Position numbers and translations under genes: made by a program
The notes under the pieces: model-generated
Database searches by the model: none
What the model saw: only the letters and a program-made list of their open reading frames with translations
Told to the model about the DNA's origin: nothing
Part shown: positions 36,631-46,177 of the stretch, one piece after another
Layout of the letters: the number at the start of each line of letters is the position of its first letter
Numbering within the stretch: the stretch's first letter is position 1
From: Chiloscyllium plagiosum
Taxonomy: Eukaryota
Direction: 5' to 3'
Length of the DNA: 46,177 bases
Assembly: GCF_004010195.1 (NCBI RefSeq)
Contig: NC_057720.1
Coordinates: 16,200,946-16,247,122 of the forward strand

Positions 36631-36826
36631 CACTATGGGCAATTTAGCATGGCCAATTCACCTAGCCTGCACATCTTTGGACCATGGGAGGAAACCAGAG
36701 CACCCGGAGGAAACCCACGCAGATATGGGAAGAATGTGCAAACTCCCCACAGACAGTCACCCAAGGCTGGAATCAAACCTGGTACCCTGGTGCTGTGAGG
36801 CAGCAGTGCTAACCACTGAGCCACTG
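36631..36826 (-). mobile_element. HE1-like V-SINE (head plus V-domain)
   Basis: Reverse complement of the 27898 SINE: TGGCTCAGTGGTTAGCACTGCTGCCTCACAGC...GGGTTTCCTCCGGGTGCTC...GCTAAATTGCCC. Confidence 0.88.
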
Positions 36827-36829
36827 GGG

Positions 36830-37237
36830 AATGATTTTGGCCAAAAGGTTATGATTGGTGAAGCTGCTGCTTTCATCCTTGGAGAAAAGGAGACTGAAGA
36901 TTGGTTTAATGGGAGATATACAAAGCTATGACAGATTTAGGTACGAAGAAAAAGCTTTTCACATTAAGCTGATGGTACAAGAACCAGAGGACACAGATTT
37001 ATGATTTTGGACAAGGGTTATGGGGGGATGTGATGAAGAACATTTTTACACAAAGGGTGGTTATGAGCTGGACTTCACCATCTATGAGAAAGCGAAGAAT
37101 AATCTCAAAAGCAAATTAGATAGAAACTGGATGGAAAGACTGCATGTATACAACAGGAGAATGGAATTGACTGAATTACTCTACAGAGAGCAGTGGGTTC
37201 GATGGGCTGAATGGCTTGTTTCTGTCTCATAACAAAT
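36830..37237 (+). mobile_element. CR1 LINE 3' fragment
   Basis: SLE.RRL.-type ORF2 relic, ACCAGAGGACACAGATTTA, and tail GATGGGCTGAATGGC. Confidence 0.65.
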
Positions 37238-37319
37238 GCATTGCTCATGGATACAAAGTTTGCCCATAAAGTTGATAGTGAAGAAGAGGACGGTAGACTA
37301 TAGAAAGACAGGTCAGGTG

Positions 37320-37550
37320 ACCAGAAAGTGGCAAATAAGACTCAACAAACAACAAATAGTAGTATCTTCAGAATTCAAGAGGAGCCTTGGAAGACATGCC
37401 CACATTTCTCTGATGGCAGCAGGACAGATTGGCAAGGTTGTTTGTGAGGAAAATGAGATAATGTCCAATATTAACCACAGCCTAGGCTTAAGTAAGGAAA
37501 AGTTATGTTAGATTTGTATCCACTTTGTTTAGTCCACAGCCAGAGAACTT
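37320..37550 (+). mobile_element. CR1 ORF2 fragment
   Basis: KWQ...H.SL.AAGQI.KVV...ML.LY...PQ relic. Confidence 0.55.
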
Positions 37551-37561
37551 ACATTTCTGAT

Positions 37562-37962
37562 TCCCACATCACAAGCCTGGAGGAAGAGCACCTCATCTTC
37601 TGCCTAGGAACCCTCCAACCACAAGGGATGAATGCAGATTTCTCCAGCTTCCTCATTTTCCCTCCCCCCACCTTATCTCAGTCCCAACCCTCAGACTCAG
37701 CACTGCCTTCTTGACCTGCAATCTTCTTTCCTGACCTCTCCGCCCCCACTCCCTCTCCGGCCTATCACCCTCACCTTAACCTCCTTCCACCTATCGCATT
37801 CCCAGCGCCCCTCCCCCAAGTCCCTCCTCCCTACCTTTTATCTTAGCCTGCTTGGCGCACCCCCCTCATTCCTGAAGAAGGGCTTATGCCCAAAACGTCG
37901 ATTCTCCTGCTCCTTGGATACTGCCTGACCTGCTGCACTTTTCCAGCAACACAATTTTTAGC
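37562..37962 (+). mobile_element. Penelope-like element 3' end (GIY-YIG C-terminus, C-rich 3'UTR, hammerhead repeat)
   Basis: LEEEHLIFCLGTLQPQGMNADF, followed by CTGAAGA (37872-37878) AGGGCTTATGCCC AAAAC GTC. Confidence 0.85.
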
Positions 37963-38133
37963 TATATACTACCAAAAACAAGGGACCAAGCACTGAGCAT
38001 GCAGAACCCCATTAGAAACAGCTGACCAGTCACACATAACCTGTTGACCATTTGACCTTGCACTCTGCCACTGAGCTAATGTTAGACTCAACTTAACACA
38101 TTCCTTTGGATTCCATGGGCTTTTGCTTTTCTG

Positions 38134-38356
38134 GAAAAAAGTGATGTCTGCAGATTCTGGAGATCAGAGTCAGAAAGTGTAGTGCCGGAAAGGCACAGCC
38201 AGTCAGGCAGCATCCGAAGAGCAGGTGAATCAACGTTTCGGGTATAAGCCCTTCATCAGGATCCATTCCTGATGAAGGGCTTATCCCCGAAACATCAATT
38301 CTCCTGCTCCTCAGATGCTGCCTGACCTGCTGAGCTTTTTCAATGCTGCATTTTTT
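38134..38356. mobile_element. Head-to-head inverted pair of PLE hammerhead repeats
   Basis: - copy 38134-38262 and + copy 38264-38356. 16-bp TSD GGCTTTT(G/A)CTTTTCTG at 38118-38133 and 38357-38372. Confidence 0.85.
38226..38265 (-). ncRNA. Minimal type I hammerhead ribozyme motif, intact core
   Basis: TGGATC-CTGATGA-A-GGGCTTATACCC-GAAA-C-GTT-GATTCA. Helix I has 6 bp including one G-U, and helix III is the palindrome AACGTT. Confidence 0.7.
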
Positions 38357-38683
38357 GGCTTTTACTTTTCTGACCAATTTGCCATGTCAATACCATGCAA
38401 ATAATGTAAATAGATTACCAAATGTGTTACTCTTATTGATCCTCAAAAATTCAATCAAGTTCATCATATGTGACCTTCCCGTGACAAATCCTTGTTGACT
38501 GTCCTTGGTGAATTCTTGTCTTTCTAAATGATGATTAATACTATCCTTCAGAACTTGCACCAATAACTTAATCTGACTGGCTGTTAAATGTTCAGTGTAT
38601 CCCTTTCTCGATGTTTAAATTACATTGAAAGACTATCTGAAGGCTGGAAGCTGTGAAATGTAAGTGCGACAGTTGCAGCAGTG

Positions 38684-39445
38684 TCATAGAGTCCTACACC
38701 ATACAGACAGGCCCTTCAGCCCAAACTGGTCCATGCCATCCAAAATGTCCATCAACGCTAATCCCATTTCCCTGCACTTGGCCCATATCCTTCTAAACCT
38801 TTCCTATCCTTGTATTTGTTCAAATGCTTTTAAAATGTTTTTTAATGTACCCGCCTCAACTACTTCTGCTGGCAGCTCTTCCATATGCGAACCACCCTCT
38901 GTGTAAAAAAGGTTGACCCACTAGTTTCCTTTTACTCTTTGCCTTCTCACCATAAACTGATGCCACCTAGTCCTCAATTCCCAAACCCTGGGAAAAAGGC
39001 AGAGTGCTTTCACCCTATCATGCCTCTCATGATCTGATACACTTCCATATGATCCCCCCTCAGTCTCCTAGGCTCTAAAGAGAAAAGTCCTAGCTTGTCC
39101 AGCCTCTCCCTACAACTCAGACCCTTGAGCCCTGCCATTATCCTTGTAAATTTCTTCTGAACTGTTTTCCAGTTTAATAACATCCTTATTATAACAAAGT
39201 GACTAAAACTGAACACAGTACTCTGAGTGTGGCCTCACCAAGGTCCTGTACAACTGCAACATAACTTCCTAACCTCTATAGTCAATGCCCTGACTGATGA
39301 AGGCCAGTGTGCCAAAAGCCTTGTTCAATGCCCTGTCTACCTGTGTCTCCACTTTCAGAGAACAGTGCACCTGAATCCCACTACACTCCTTAAGGCCCTG
39401 CCATTCACCATCAAAGTCCAACCTTGGTTTGTGATAAGTAAATGT
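38684..39445 (-). mobile_element. CR1 (HER1-like) LINE 3' ~760 bp
   Basis: ORF relic VQKKFTRIMAGLKGLSCRERLDKLGLFSLEPRRLRGDHMEVYQIMRG and reverse tail ACAGGCCCTTCAGCCCAA. Confidence 0.85.
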
Positions 39446-39914
39446 GTGAGGGTGATGTGGAGATTTGGGATTTTAGGCATGACACTTGATTGCTGGAGAT
39501 TGTTCATGAGTGAATGGAAGGGGAGTGGACCATTTAGCATCCTATATTCCTGATGGTGTAAATGGCAGGATTATGGTATTTGAAGATATATTCTCTGATG
39601 TTGACCATTGATGTGGGGCCATTAAAATGGTTCAGGCTTTGTATGCAGAATCCTGTAAGCTAGACTCCTGACATTAAGCCACTTTCTCTAATTAAGTTTC
39701 AAGTGCTTGCCTGGAGGACCTCTGTAGGAATAAAAAGGCATCTCTCTTCCTTTGCATTTCCAACATTAATGTCCCCAACATAACACTGAAGAATCTGGGA
39801 GTCTTCATTAAGCAGGATGTCGCTCCCAATCACTGCCAGCACATGCTGCAGCCAGAATGAACCTCTCTTTGCAGAATGGCAGCCTGGCTCTATGAAGGTC
39901 AAGCTAACGTCAAG

Positions 39915-40008
39915 AGTTGAAAAGTGTGGCACTGGAAATGCACAGCAGGTCAGGCAGCATCCAAGGAGCAGGAGAGTTGATGTTTTGGGGGCATAAACCC
40001 TTCATCAA
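39915..40008 (-). mobile_element. Decayed solo PLE hammerhead repeat
   Basis: - strand TTGATGAAGGGTTTATGCCCCCAAAACATCAACTCTCCTGCTCC...TTCCAG. Possible 16-bp TSD (13/16) at 39899-39914 and 40005-40020. Confidence 0.75.
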
Positions 40009-40257
40009 GTAAATGTCAAGCCTTGCATGAACCTAGTCTCCCTGTTAAGCTTGCAATTAGTCACCAGTGTGTTTAGCTCTGATTTGGGTGCAAAACCCAT
40101 AGGCAGCACAAAATAATCAACTATCACAATCCTGATGGGTTTCATCCAGATTTTAGTTAATAATGTTTAAAGAAGTCCTCCCTTACATATGGTAGGAATT
40201 CATTACCCTCTTTACACTGTTTTCCCTCTAAGTTAATGTAATCAAAGTCCCTTCCAG

Positions 40258-40436
40258 TTTTTAAGGCAAAGAAAGATAAATTTTTGGACAGTAAAGGAAT
40301 TAAGGGTTATGCTGAGCAGACGGGTAAGTGGAGCTGAATCCATAAAGAGATTAGCCTTGATCCTATTGAATGGTGGAGCAGACTTGATGGGCCAGATACT
40401 CCTGCTCCTATTTCTTATGTTCTTAAGTTATGTTCT
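40258..40436 (+). mobile_element. CR1 3' tail fragment
   Basis: GATCCTATTGAATGGTGGAGCAG...CTCCTGCTCCTATTTCTTATGTTCTT. Confidence 0.75.
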
Positions 40437-40699
40437 TTCATATCTGTATATTTTCTAAAATGTACTCAGAAATTTGCTTCTCCAAGTCCTTCTCACTGTT
40501 TGCAGGTCTATAGATAACTTCCAGACTCTGCGTGGCAATCAAGGGGTGTGCAAGATTGCTTGAACCTTGCTGCCTGCCACAGCTAGAGGATAGTTACCAG
40601 TCAGGATGGTGTTGATCTCAGAGGCCAGTTCCCCAATCAAGCCATACACCATCCTGGGCTTGCAGCAATATCACTGCTCTTCCAATGTCCCCGAGTCAA

Positions 40700-40862
40700 C
40701 CTCCAGGAACTGCATCTCTACCAGCGCTGTGAATGCGCCACCCAATCTGCAGCCCAGTTCAAGAAGGTAACCCACCACCTCCTTCTCAAGCACAAGTAGG
40801 GAGGAGCTACGAATACTGAACTTACCAGTGACATCCACATCCTGCAAAAGAATTTTGAAAAT
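40700..40862 (+). mobile_element. 3' end fragment of CR1/L2-group LINE
   Basis: GTTCAAGAAGG..CACCACC.CCTTCTCAAG...CCACATCC, the same family as 25200 and 34030. Confidence 0.6.
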
Positions 40863-41360
40863 GAATACAGGCAAAAACATTTACTATCACTTCCAATTTG
40901 TCAAATCAATAAATAATATAAAGCTATTGGGCTGCATAACTGTCCTTCCCCCAAAACAAGAAGGAACTAAAAATGCTTAACTATTGTATAAAAATCACTT
41001 CTCCATTGTGAAAACATTCAAGCTTTCACAGCAGAGATGCATTTCAGTAACATGTCCATATACTCACAAGGTTGACCTTTAGTCTTCAGCCCTGAGTTCC
41101 AGCTGTCTTTGGAAGATACCCTGGAACAAAAAGCAGAGAGTAGCAGCATGTACACACAAAATTGTACAATGTGGATGATTAACAGAAAGAATATGGTTGA
41201 AGGGTTGAAGACATGAGATTGCTGAGTACCTTTCCAAGTGGACATGTTTCAGTAGTCACTCATATTTATTAAACTGCATCACTGACTATCATAGTCTGGG
41301 AACCCCGCACTGCCCGGTTCTACCTCCTTCCCAAGATCCACAAGCCTGACCACCCTGGCC

Positions 41361-41396
41361 ATTCCTGAAGAAGGGCTTATGCCCGAAACGTCGATT
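41361..41396 (+). ncRNA. Minimal type I hammerhead ribozyme motif, intact core
   Basis: ATTC-CTGAAGA(41365-41371)-A-GGGC-TTAT-GCCC-GAAA(41385-41388)-C-GTC-GATT. Predicted cleavage after C41392. Confidence 0.72.
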
Positions 41397-41449
41397 CTCC
41401 TGTTCCCTGGATGCTGCCTGACCTGCTGCGCTTTTCCAGCAACACATTC
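41361..41449 (+). mobile_element. 89-bp solo hammerhead-repeat insertion inside the PLE RT
   Basis: Perfect 11-bp TSD CCACCCTGGCC at 41350-41360 and 41450-41460. Removing the insert and one TSD copy restores KPDHPGRPIVS. Confidence 0.9.
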
Positions 41450-42307
41450 CCACCCTGGCCGACCCATTGTCTCAGCATGCTCTTGCCCCACTGAACTCAT
41501 TTCTACCTACCCTGTCCTATCCCCCCTAGTCCAGGAACTCCCCACATATGTTCGAGACACCACCCACGCCCTACACCTCCTCCAAGACTTCCGTTCCCCG
41601 GCCCCCAAAACCTCATCTTCACTATGGATATCCAATCCCTCTACACCTCCATCCGCCATGACCAGGGTCTCCAAGCCCTTCGTTTTTTCCTCTCGCGACG
41701 TCCCCAACAGTACCCTTCCACCGACACTCATTCGTTTGGCCGAACTGGTCCTCACCCTGAACAATTTCTCCTTCAAATCCTCCCACTTCTTCCAGATCAA
41801 ACGAGTAGCCATGGGCACACGTATGGGCCCCAGCTATGCCTGTCTCTTTGTTGGCTACGTAGAACAGTTGATCTTCTGTAATTACAATAGCACCACTCCC
41901 CACCTCTTCCTCTGCTACATTGATGACTGCATTGGCGCCACCTCGTGCTCCTGCGAGGAGGTTGAGCAATTCATCAACTTCACCAATACATGCCACCCTG
42001 ACCTTAAATTTACCTGGACCATCTCTGACGCCTCCCTTCCCTTCCTGGACCTCTCCATCTCCATTAATGACGACCAACTTGACACTGACATTTTTTACAA
42101 ACCCACCAACTCCCACAGCTAGCTGGATTACACCTCTTCCCACCCTACCTCTTGCAAAAATGCCATCCCGTATTCCAAATCCCTCCGCCTCCGCCGGATC
42201 TGCTCCCAGGAGGACCAGTTCCACCACAGAACACACCAGATGGCCTCCTTCTTTAGAGACCGCAATTTCCCTTCCCACGTGGTTAAAGATGCCCTCCAAA
42301 GCATCTC

Positions 42308-42707
42308 NNNNNNNNNNNNNNNNNNNNNNNNNNNNNNNNNNNNNNNNNNNNNNNNNNNNNNNNNNNNNNNNNNNNNNNNNNNNNNNNNNNNNNNNNNNNN
42401 NNNNNNNNNNNNNNNNNNNNNNNNNNNNNNNNNNNNNNNNNNNNNNNNNNNNNNNNNNNNNNNNNNNNNNNNNNNNNNNNNNNNNNNNNNNNNNNNNNNN
42501 NNNNNNNNNNNNNNNNNNNNNNNNNNNNNNNNNNNNNNNNNNNNNNNNNNNNNNNNNNNNNNNNNNNNNNNNNNNNNNNNNNNNNNNNNNNNNNNNNNNN
42601 NNNNNNNNNNNNNNNNNNNNNNNNNNNNNNNNNNNNNNNNNNNNNNNNNNNNNNNNNNNNNNNNNNNNNNNNNNNNNNNNNNNNNNNNNNNNNNNNNNNN
42701 NNNNNNN
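42308..42707. other. Assembly gap (400 N) inside the PLE
   Basis: Run of N flanked by PLE sequence on both sides. Confidence 0.95.
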
Positions 42708-42778
42708 ATTTATGCTACTTTCTCCCCACCCCCACCCTCCTCTAGCTTATCTCTCCACCCTTCAGGCACTCTGCCTTT

Positions 42779-42814
42779 ATTCCTGATGAAGGGGTTTTGC
42801 CCGAAACGTCGATT
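42779..42814 (+). ncRNA. Minimal hammerhead motif at the PLE 3' end
   Basis: ATTC-CTGATGA(42783-42789)-A-GGGGTTTTGCCC-GAAA-C-GTC-GATT. Confidence 0.68.
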
Positions 42815-43709
42815 TTACTGCTCCTCAGATGCTGCCTGAACTGCTGTGCTCTTCCAGCACCACTAATCCAGAATCACTGACTATCATGCTATCTGACAAA
42901 GAATCTTGTAGTGTCGACGGCCTTTTGGCTGCTGTGTCCTTTAGAATTCCAGCAACAAAAATCAATACAACTTCAGATAGGTTAAAACAAAAAGAGGATG
43001 AAACAAACAAGAAATGAAAAAGAAAACAAAACTGTGTGGAGGTAAGTGTAATCATTGGAAAAGTGGAAGTTGCAAAAACGTTTTATGACAGATAAGAAGC
43101 CAGTACAAATGACACTTGTGTGTCATTGGGGAATAGGCCATTTGTACCTTGATGTTTGTTTCATAATAGTTAGTTCTTCTCATCTCTAGATCAACAGTGA
43201 TGGGCAGTGATGGAGCAGAGGTGTAGCTGCAATCTCTTAGGATTAAAACTCCTCTCATCTTAATGATCCATTAATCCACACACACAGCAACTTTAGCCAA
43301 TGATATGGTTCACATTACACACCACTCACTCTTTCTTCTACTCCATTTGTCTGAAACTTCACCTGGTTAGAAAAGTTTTGCTCCCCCCATCCCTGACTAA
43401 TCCTGGACAGTCAGCCAGTGGCATATTCCTGTGATTGAGCATCTCAAGTGAGGACCACCTTGAGCATGGAGCCAGCAAACTATCAACAGAGGGTGACCGC
43501 CAAACAGCTCCAGGTTTCCAGAGTATTCATGCTGGGCCTTCGGGCTGAAGGCAGACAATTAATAAAAGGAGGAGAACATCATCTTCTCACTTCCCTCACC
43601 TCCCCCCACACCCCCATCGACGAAGGAAGGTGGCCCCGTTGCAGGTCTCAGAGAGATGATTTTGATGCTCACAGCACCAGAGAAATGGAGAGAAACTCAA
43701 GTGTGGGAT

Positions 43710-43843
43710 CCTCATTCCTGATGAAGGGCTTGTGCACGAAATGTCAATTCCCCTGCTCCTCAGAAGCTGCCTGACCTGCTGTGCTTTTTCAGCACCACAC
43801 TCTCAACTCTGATCTCCAGCATCTGCAGTCCTCACTTTCTCCT
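43710..43843 (+). mobile_element. Decayed solo PLE hammerhead repeat with extended tail
   Basis: CTGATGA 43718-43724, AGGGCTTGTGCAC GAAAT GTC, then the shared CTGCTCCTC.GA.GCTGCCTGACCTGCTGTGC...CTCACTTTCTCCT. No clear TSD. Confidence 0.8.
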
Positions 43844-44544
43844 GCTCTTCATCCTGTCCACCAGATGGTGAGAAGAGCGTGCACGATGCAGTGAAGTGTC
43901 CTATAGCAATTGTTGAAAGGTAAATCATTGCCCATCATCTTCTGGGCACTACCCATCAGGCAGGAAGTCTGATAATTTGCCCCAGTGTTTCCTGAGCTGA
44001 GAAGACAGAGTCTTTCTTGCCAATTCCAATTAGTAGAGTTGGACATGGCAAAGTCCTATACTTGCCCTCAGGGTTAGTACCATTTTGAGGGAAGAAGAAT
44101 ATTCTTCATTACTTGCATGTATGGCATATGGAATGATAACACTGCAGAATTGTACAATGATTATAGCACACTAAAGGAGACTATTCGCCTGATGTGTCGG
44201 TGCTGTCTGTCAGCACAGGGATCTCAATACTAAATGATATGAGAAGAACTAATGACATTACCGAAGGAGTTTTTATATAGCTGACAGCATAAGGTGAACT
44301 GAGCCTGTGCATTATTGCACTTCATTTTGAATTAACCATGCACCCACCATCTTTGAAGCATGTGGATATGAAGAGCAGATGACCCTGACAGTGAGTTTAT
44401 TAAATTCAATAATGCTATATAGAATACATTTAAGGCCCTGCAAGATTTACAGCTGTTGACCAATGGAAAGGCCAAGAAATAAATTTAACACTGAGGGAAG
44501 TATATTGATAGGAAGAGCAAAATGAAATCTTGGAAGGATTGTAG

Positions 44545-44950
44545 ACATTGACTTTGGTCACCACTAAACGGACTATTCCTTGGATACCGATTTCAACCCT
44601 TTCCCTGGCCACTATCTGAGGCTGAACTAGACATTTGCAGCCTCAATGTCTTCTTAACTTTGAGCTAAGTTTTTGATTCCATTTTGACTCCCTTGACCAC
44701 CAAAACCACCTCCTCCACCACTGAAACCAGCCCCAACTCTGCTTCTGCCTCTGCTAACCTACTGTTGAAATACTCATCCATGGCTTTTTCTACCTCTACA
44801 GCCTCCACTCTTCCAATGGCCTCCTTCCCAGCCTCCCAAAATGTACCATCTGAAAACTGTAAGAAATCATCCAAATCTTGGCTGCTCATCACCGAACTCA
44901 CAAATCACACTAACTGCACCCATCACTCCTGTGTCTGTGTTCATTACTGC
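44545..44950 (+). mobile_element. Old L2 LINE ORF2 C-terminal relic
   Basis: EILIH.F.TS, N..L..LP, IQ..AA and PITPV relics in shifting frames. Confidence 0.55.
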
Positions 44951-45447
44951 TGATGTCCAGCTTGGAGATTTTGCTTTATTTCAGAACTGCCTCATAAACT
45001 CATTGGGCTTGTAATGTGAATTGATCAACTTTAAACAGATTTACACTACACCACATTGACCTATTGGCATCATTTAACATGTAGATTTAACGGTGTGAAT
45101 CATTGACCAACTTTCTCATTTGAGAATATAGGCATGAAATTCAGGTGCATAATGCCTCTTCTATAAGACCTCCCTGGGTTTCCTGGGATCCAGCTGCTTC
45201 CTGCAGGGCCCAAATATTGTCCTCTGAGGAAGTAGTCAGAACATTTTGAGATAAACCTTCTCAGTCTGTGAACAATGTGGGCATTGGCGAGAAACCTGGG
45301 AGAATTGCGTGAGATTGGCAGTGAGATGAGAAAAGAACAAAAAGACCCATTTTCCAACCGAAGTGTTGGACAGCAAGAGGAGAATTTCGTTACTGAGTGG
45401 TGAGAGGTCTATTTCCAGGCATTAACATCCTCATTATTATCCTCATC

Positions 45448-45779
45448 CCATGCAGGTCCTGGGCCTTCTCCACTGCGGCTCCCTCACCACCCGACGCCTG
45501 GAGGAAGAACGCCTCATCTTCCGCCTCGGAACACTTCAACCCCAGGGCATCAATGTGGATTTCACCAGTTTCCTCATTTCCCCTTCCCCCACCTCACCCC
45601 AGCTCCAAACTTCCAGCTCAGCACAGTCCCCATGACTTGTCCTATGTGGATTTCACCAGTTTCCTCATTTCCCCTTCCCCCCCTCTCACCCCAGCTCCAA
45701 ACTTCCAGCTCAGCACAGTCCCCATGACTTGTCCTACCTGCCTATCTTCCTTTCCACCTATCCACTCCACCCTCCTCTC
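45448..45779 (+). mobile_element. PLE GIY-YIG C-terminus and 3'UTR fragment
   Basis: MQVLGLLH...RRLEEERLIFRLGTLQPQGINVDF, homologous to 37562-37700. Confidence 0.85.
45553..45735 (+). repeat. Tandem duplication, 2 x ~91 bp
   Basis: Units 45553-45643 and 45644-45735 are nearly identical (ATGTGGATTTCACC...GACTTGTCCT). Confidence 0.9.
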
Positions 45780-46177
45780 AGGCCTATTACCTCCATGTCC
45801 TCAGCAGAGTGGGAGGGGGAGTTGAAATGTTGGGCCACAGGACCGTGTGGTTGATTGATGCAGGTGTCCCGGAGATGTTCCCTAAAGCGCTCTGCTAGGA
45901 GGCGTCCAGTCTCCCCAATTAGAGGAGACCACATCGGGAGCAACGGATACAATAAATGATATTAGTGGATGTGCAGGTAAAACTTTGATGGTTATGGAAG
46001 GCTCCTTTAGGGCCTTGGATAGAGGTGAGGGAGGAGGTGTGGGCACAGGTTTTGCAGTTCCTGCAGTGGCAGGGAAAGGTGCCAGGATGGGAGGGTGGGT
46101 TGTAGGGGGGCGTGGACCTGACCAGGTAGTCATGGAGGGAACGTTCTTTGCGGAAGGCGGAAAGGGGTGGGGAGGGA
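45780..46177 (-). mobile_element. PLE Cys-rich linker and GIY-YIG endonuclease fragment (runs off the window)
   Basis: - strand GTFPCHCRNCKTCAH, CTSTNIIYCIRCSRCGLL, IGETGRLLAERFREHL and PVAQHFN, with frameshifts. The Cys-rich linker suggests the Neptune group. Confidence 0.85.

Larger units (their letters stand above)
37963..38600 (-). mobile_element. CR1 RT fragment, interrupted by a hammerhead insertion
   Basis: The - strand gives SVLGPLFLVVY (RT motif) near 37965-38000 and a SQQGFVTGRS..NLIEF-like relic near 38440-38505. Confidence 0.65.
41293..42872 (+). mobile_element. 5'-truncated Penelope-like retroelement (RT pseudogene, spans gap, ends in hammerhead repeat)
   Basis: PLE RT motifs FYLLPKIHK, RPIVS, MDIQSLYTSI, AMGTRMGPSYA, YIDD, LPFLD and YKPT, with frameshifts and a stop. 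Perfect 15-bp TSD ATCACTGACTATCAT at 41278-41292 and 42873-42887. Confidence 0.92.

Noticed and set aside
41507..42299. Minus-strand ORFs of 103 and 225 aa
   Set aside because: Antisense shadows of the C-rich PLE RT.
41920..42839. ORFs of 199-288 aa
   Set aside because: They run through the second N gap. The real parts are PLE fragments or off-frame.
33512..43843. CRISPR-like array or C/D-box snoRNAs suggested by recurring TGATGA repeats
   Set aside because: Copies are dispersed, on both strands, irregularly spaced, TSD-flanked and attached to PLE 3' ends. The context fits a hammerhead core.
44684..44953. Ser/Thr-rich 89-aa ORF resembling a mucin
   Set aside because: Off-frame translation of a decayed L2 LINE.

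Overview
Vertebrate genomic DNA, almost certainly from a shark (inferred from HE1-type SINEs and elasmobranch-type CR1/Penelope repeats). The left ~22 kb holds the homeobox gene BARHL2 on the - strand: exon 1 CDS 8962-8419 and exon 2 6935-6710. Exon 3 CDS is not visible and probably lies in the N-gap at 5211-5710, with a likely 3'UTR and polyA signal ending near 4930. The gene sits in a CpG-retaining (to ~16.3 kb), almost transposon-free domain with several enhancer-like non-coding blocks. The right ~24 kb is CpG-poor and full of decayed mobile DNA: CR1 and L2 LINEs, several SINE families, a Harbinger-like Myb/SANT relic and Penelope-like elements (PLEs). The most notable signal is nine minimal hammerhead-ribozyme motifs (CTGANGA-A-GGGC-loop-GCCC-GAAAC-GTH), one of them partial, in 33.5-43.9 kb. 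They occur both at PLE 3' ends and as 90-220 bp stand-alone insertions, four of them with 11-16 bp target-site duplications and two arranged as inverted pairs.
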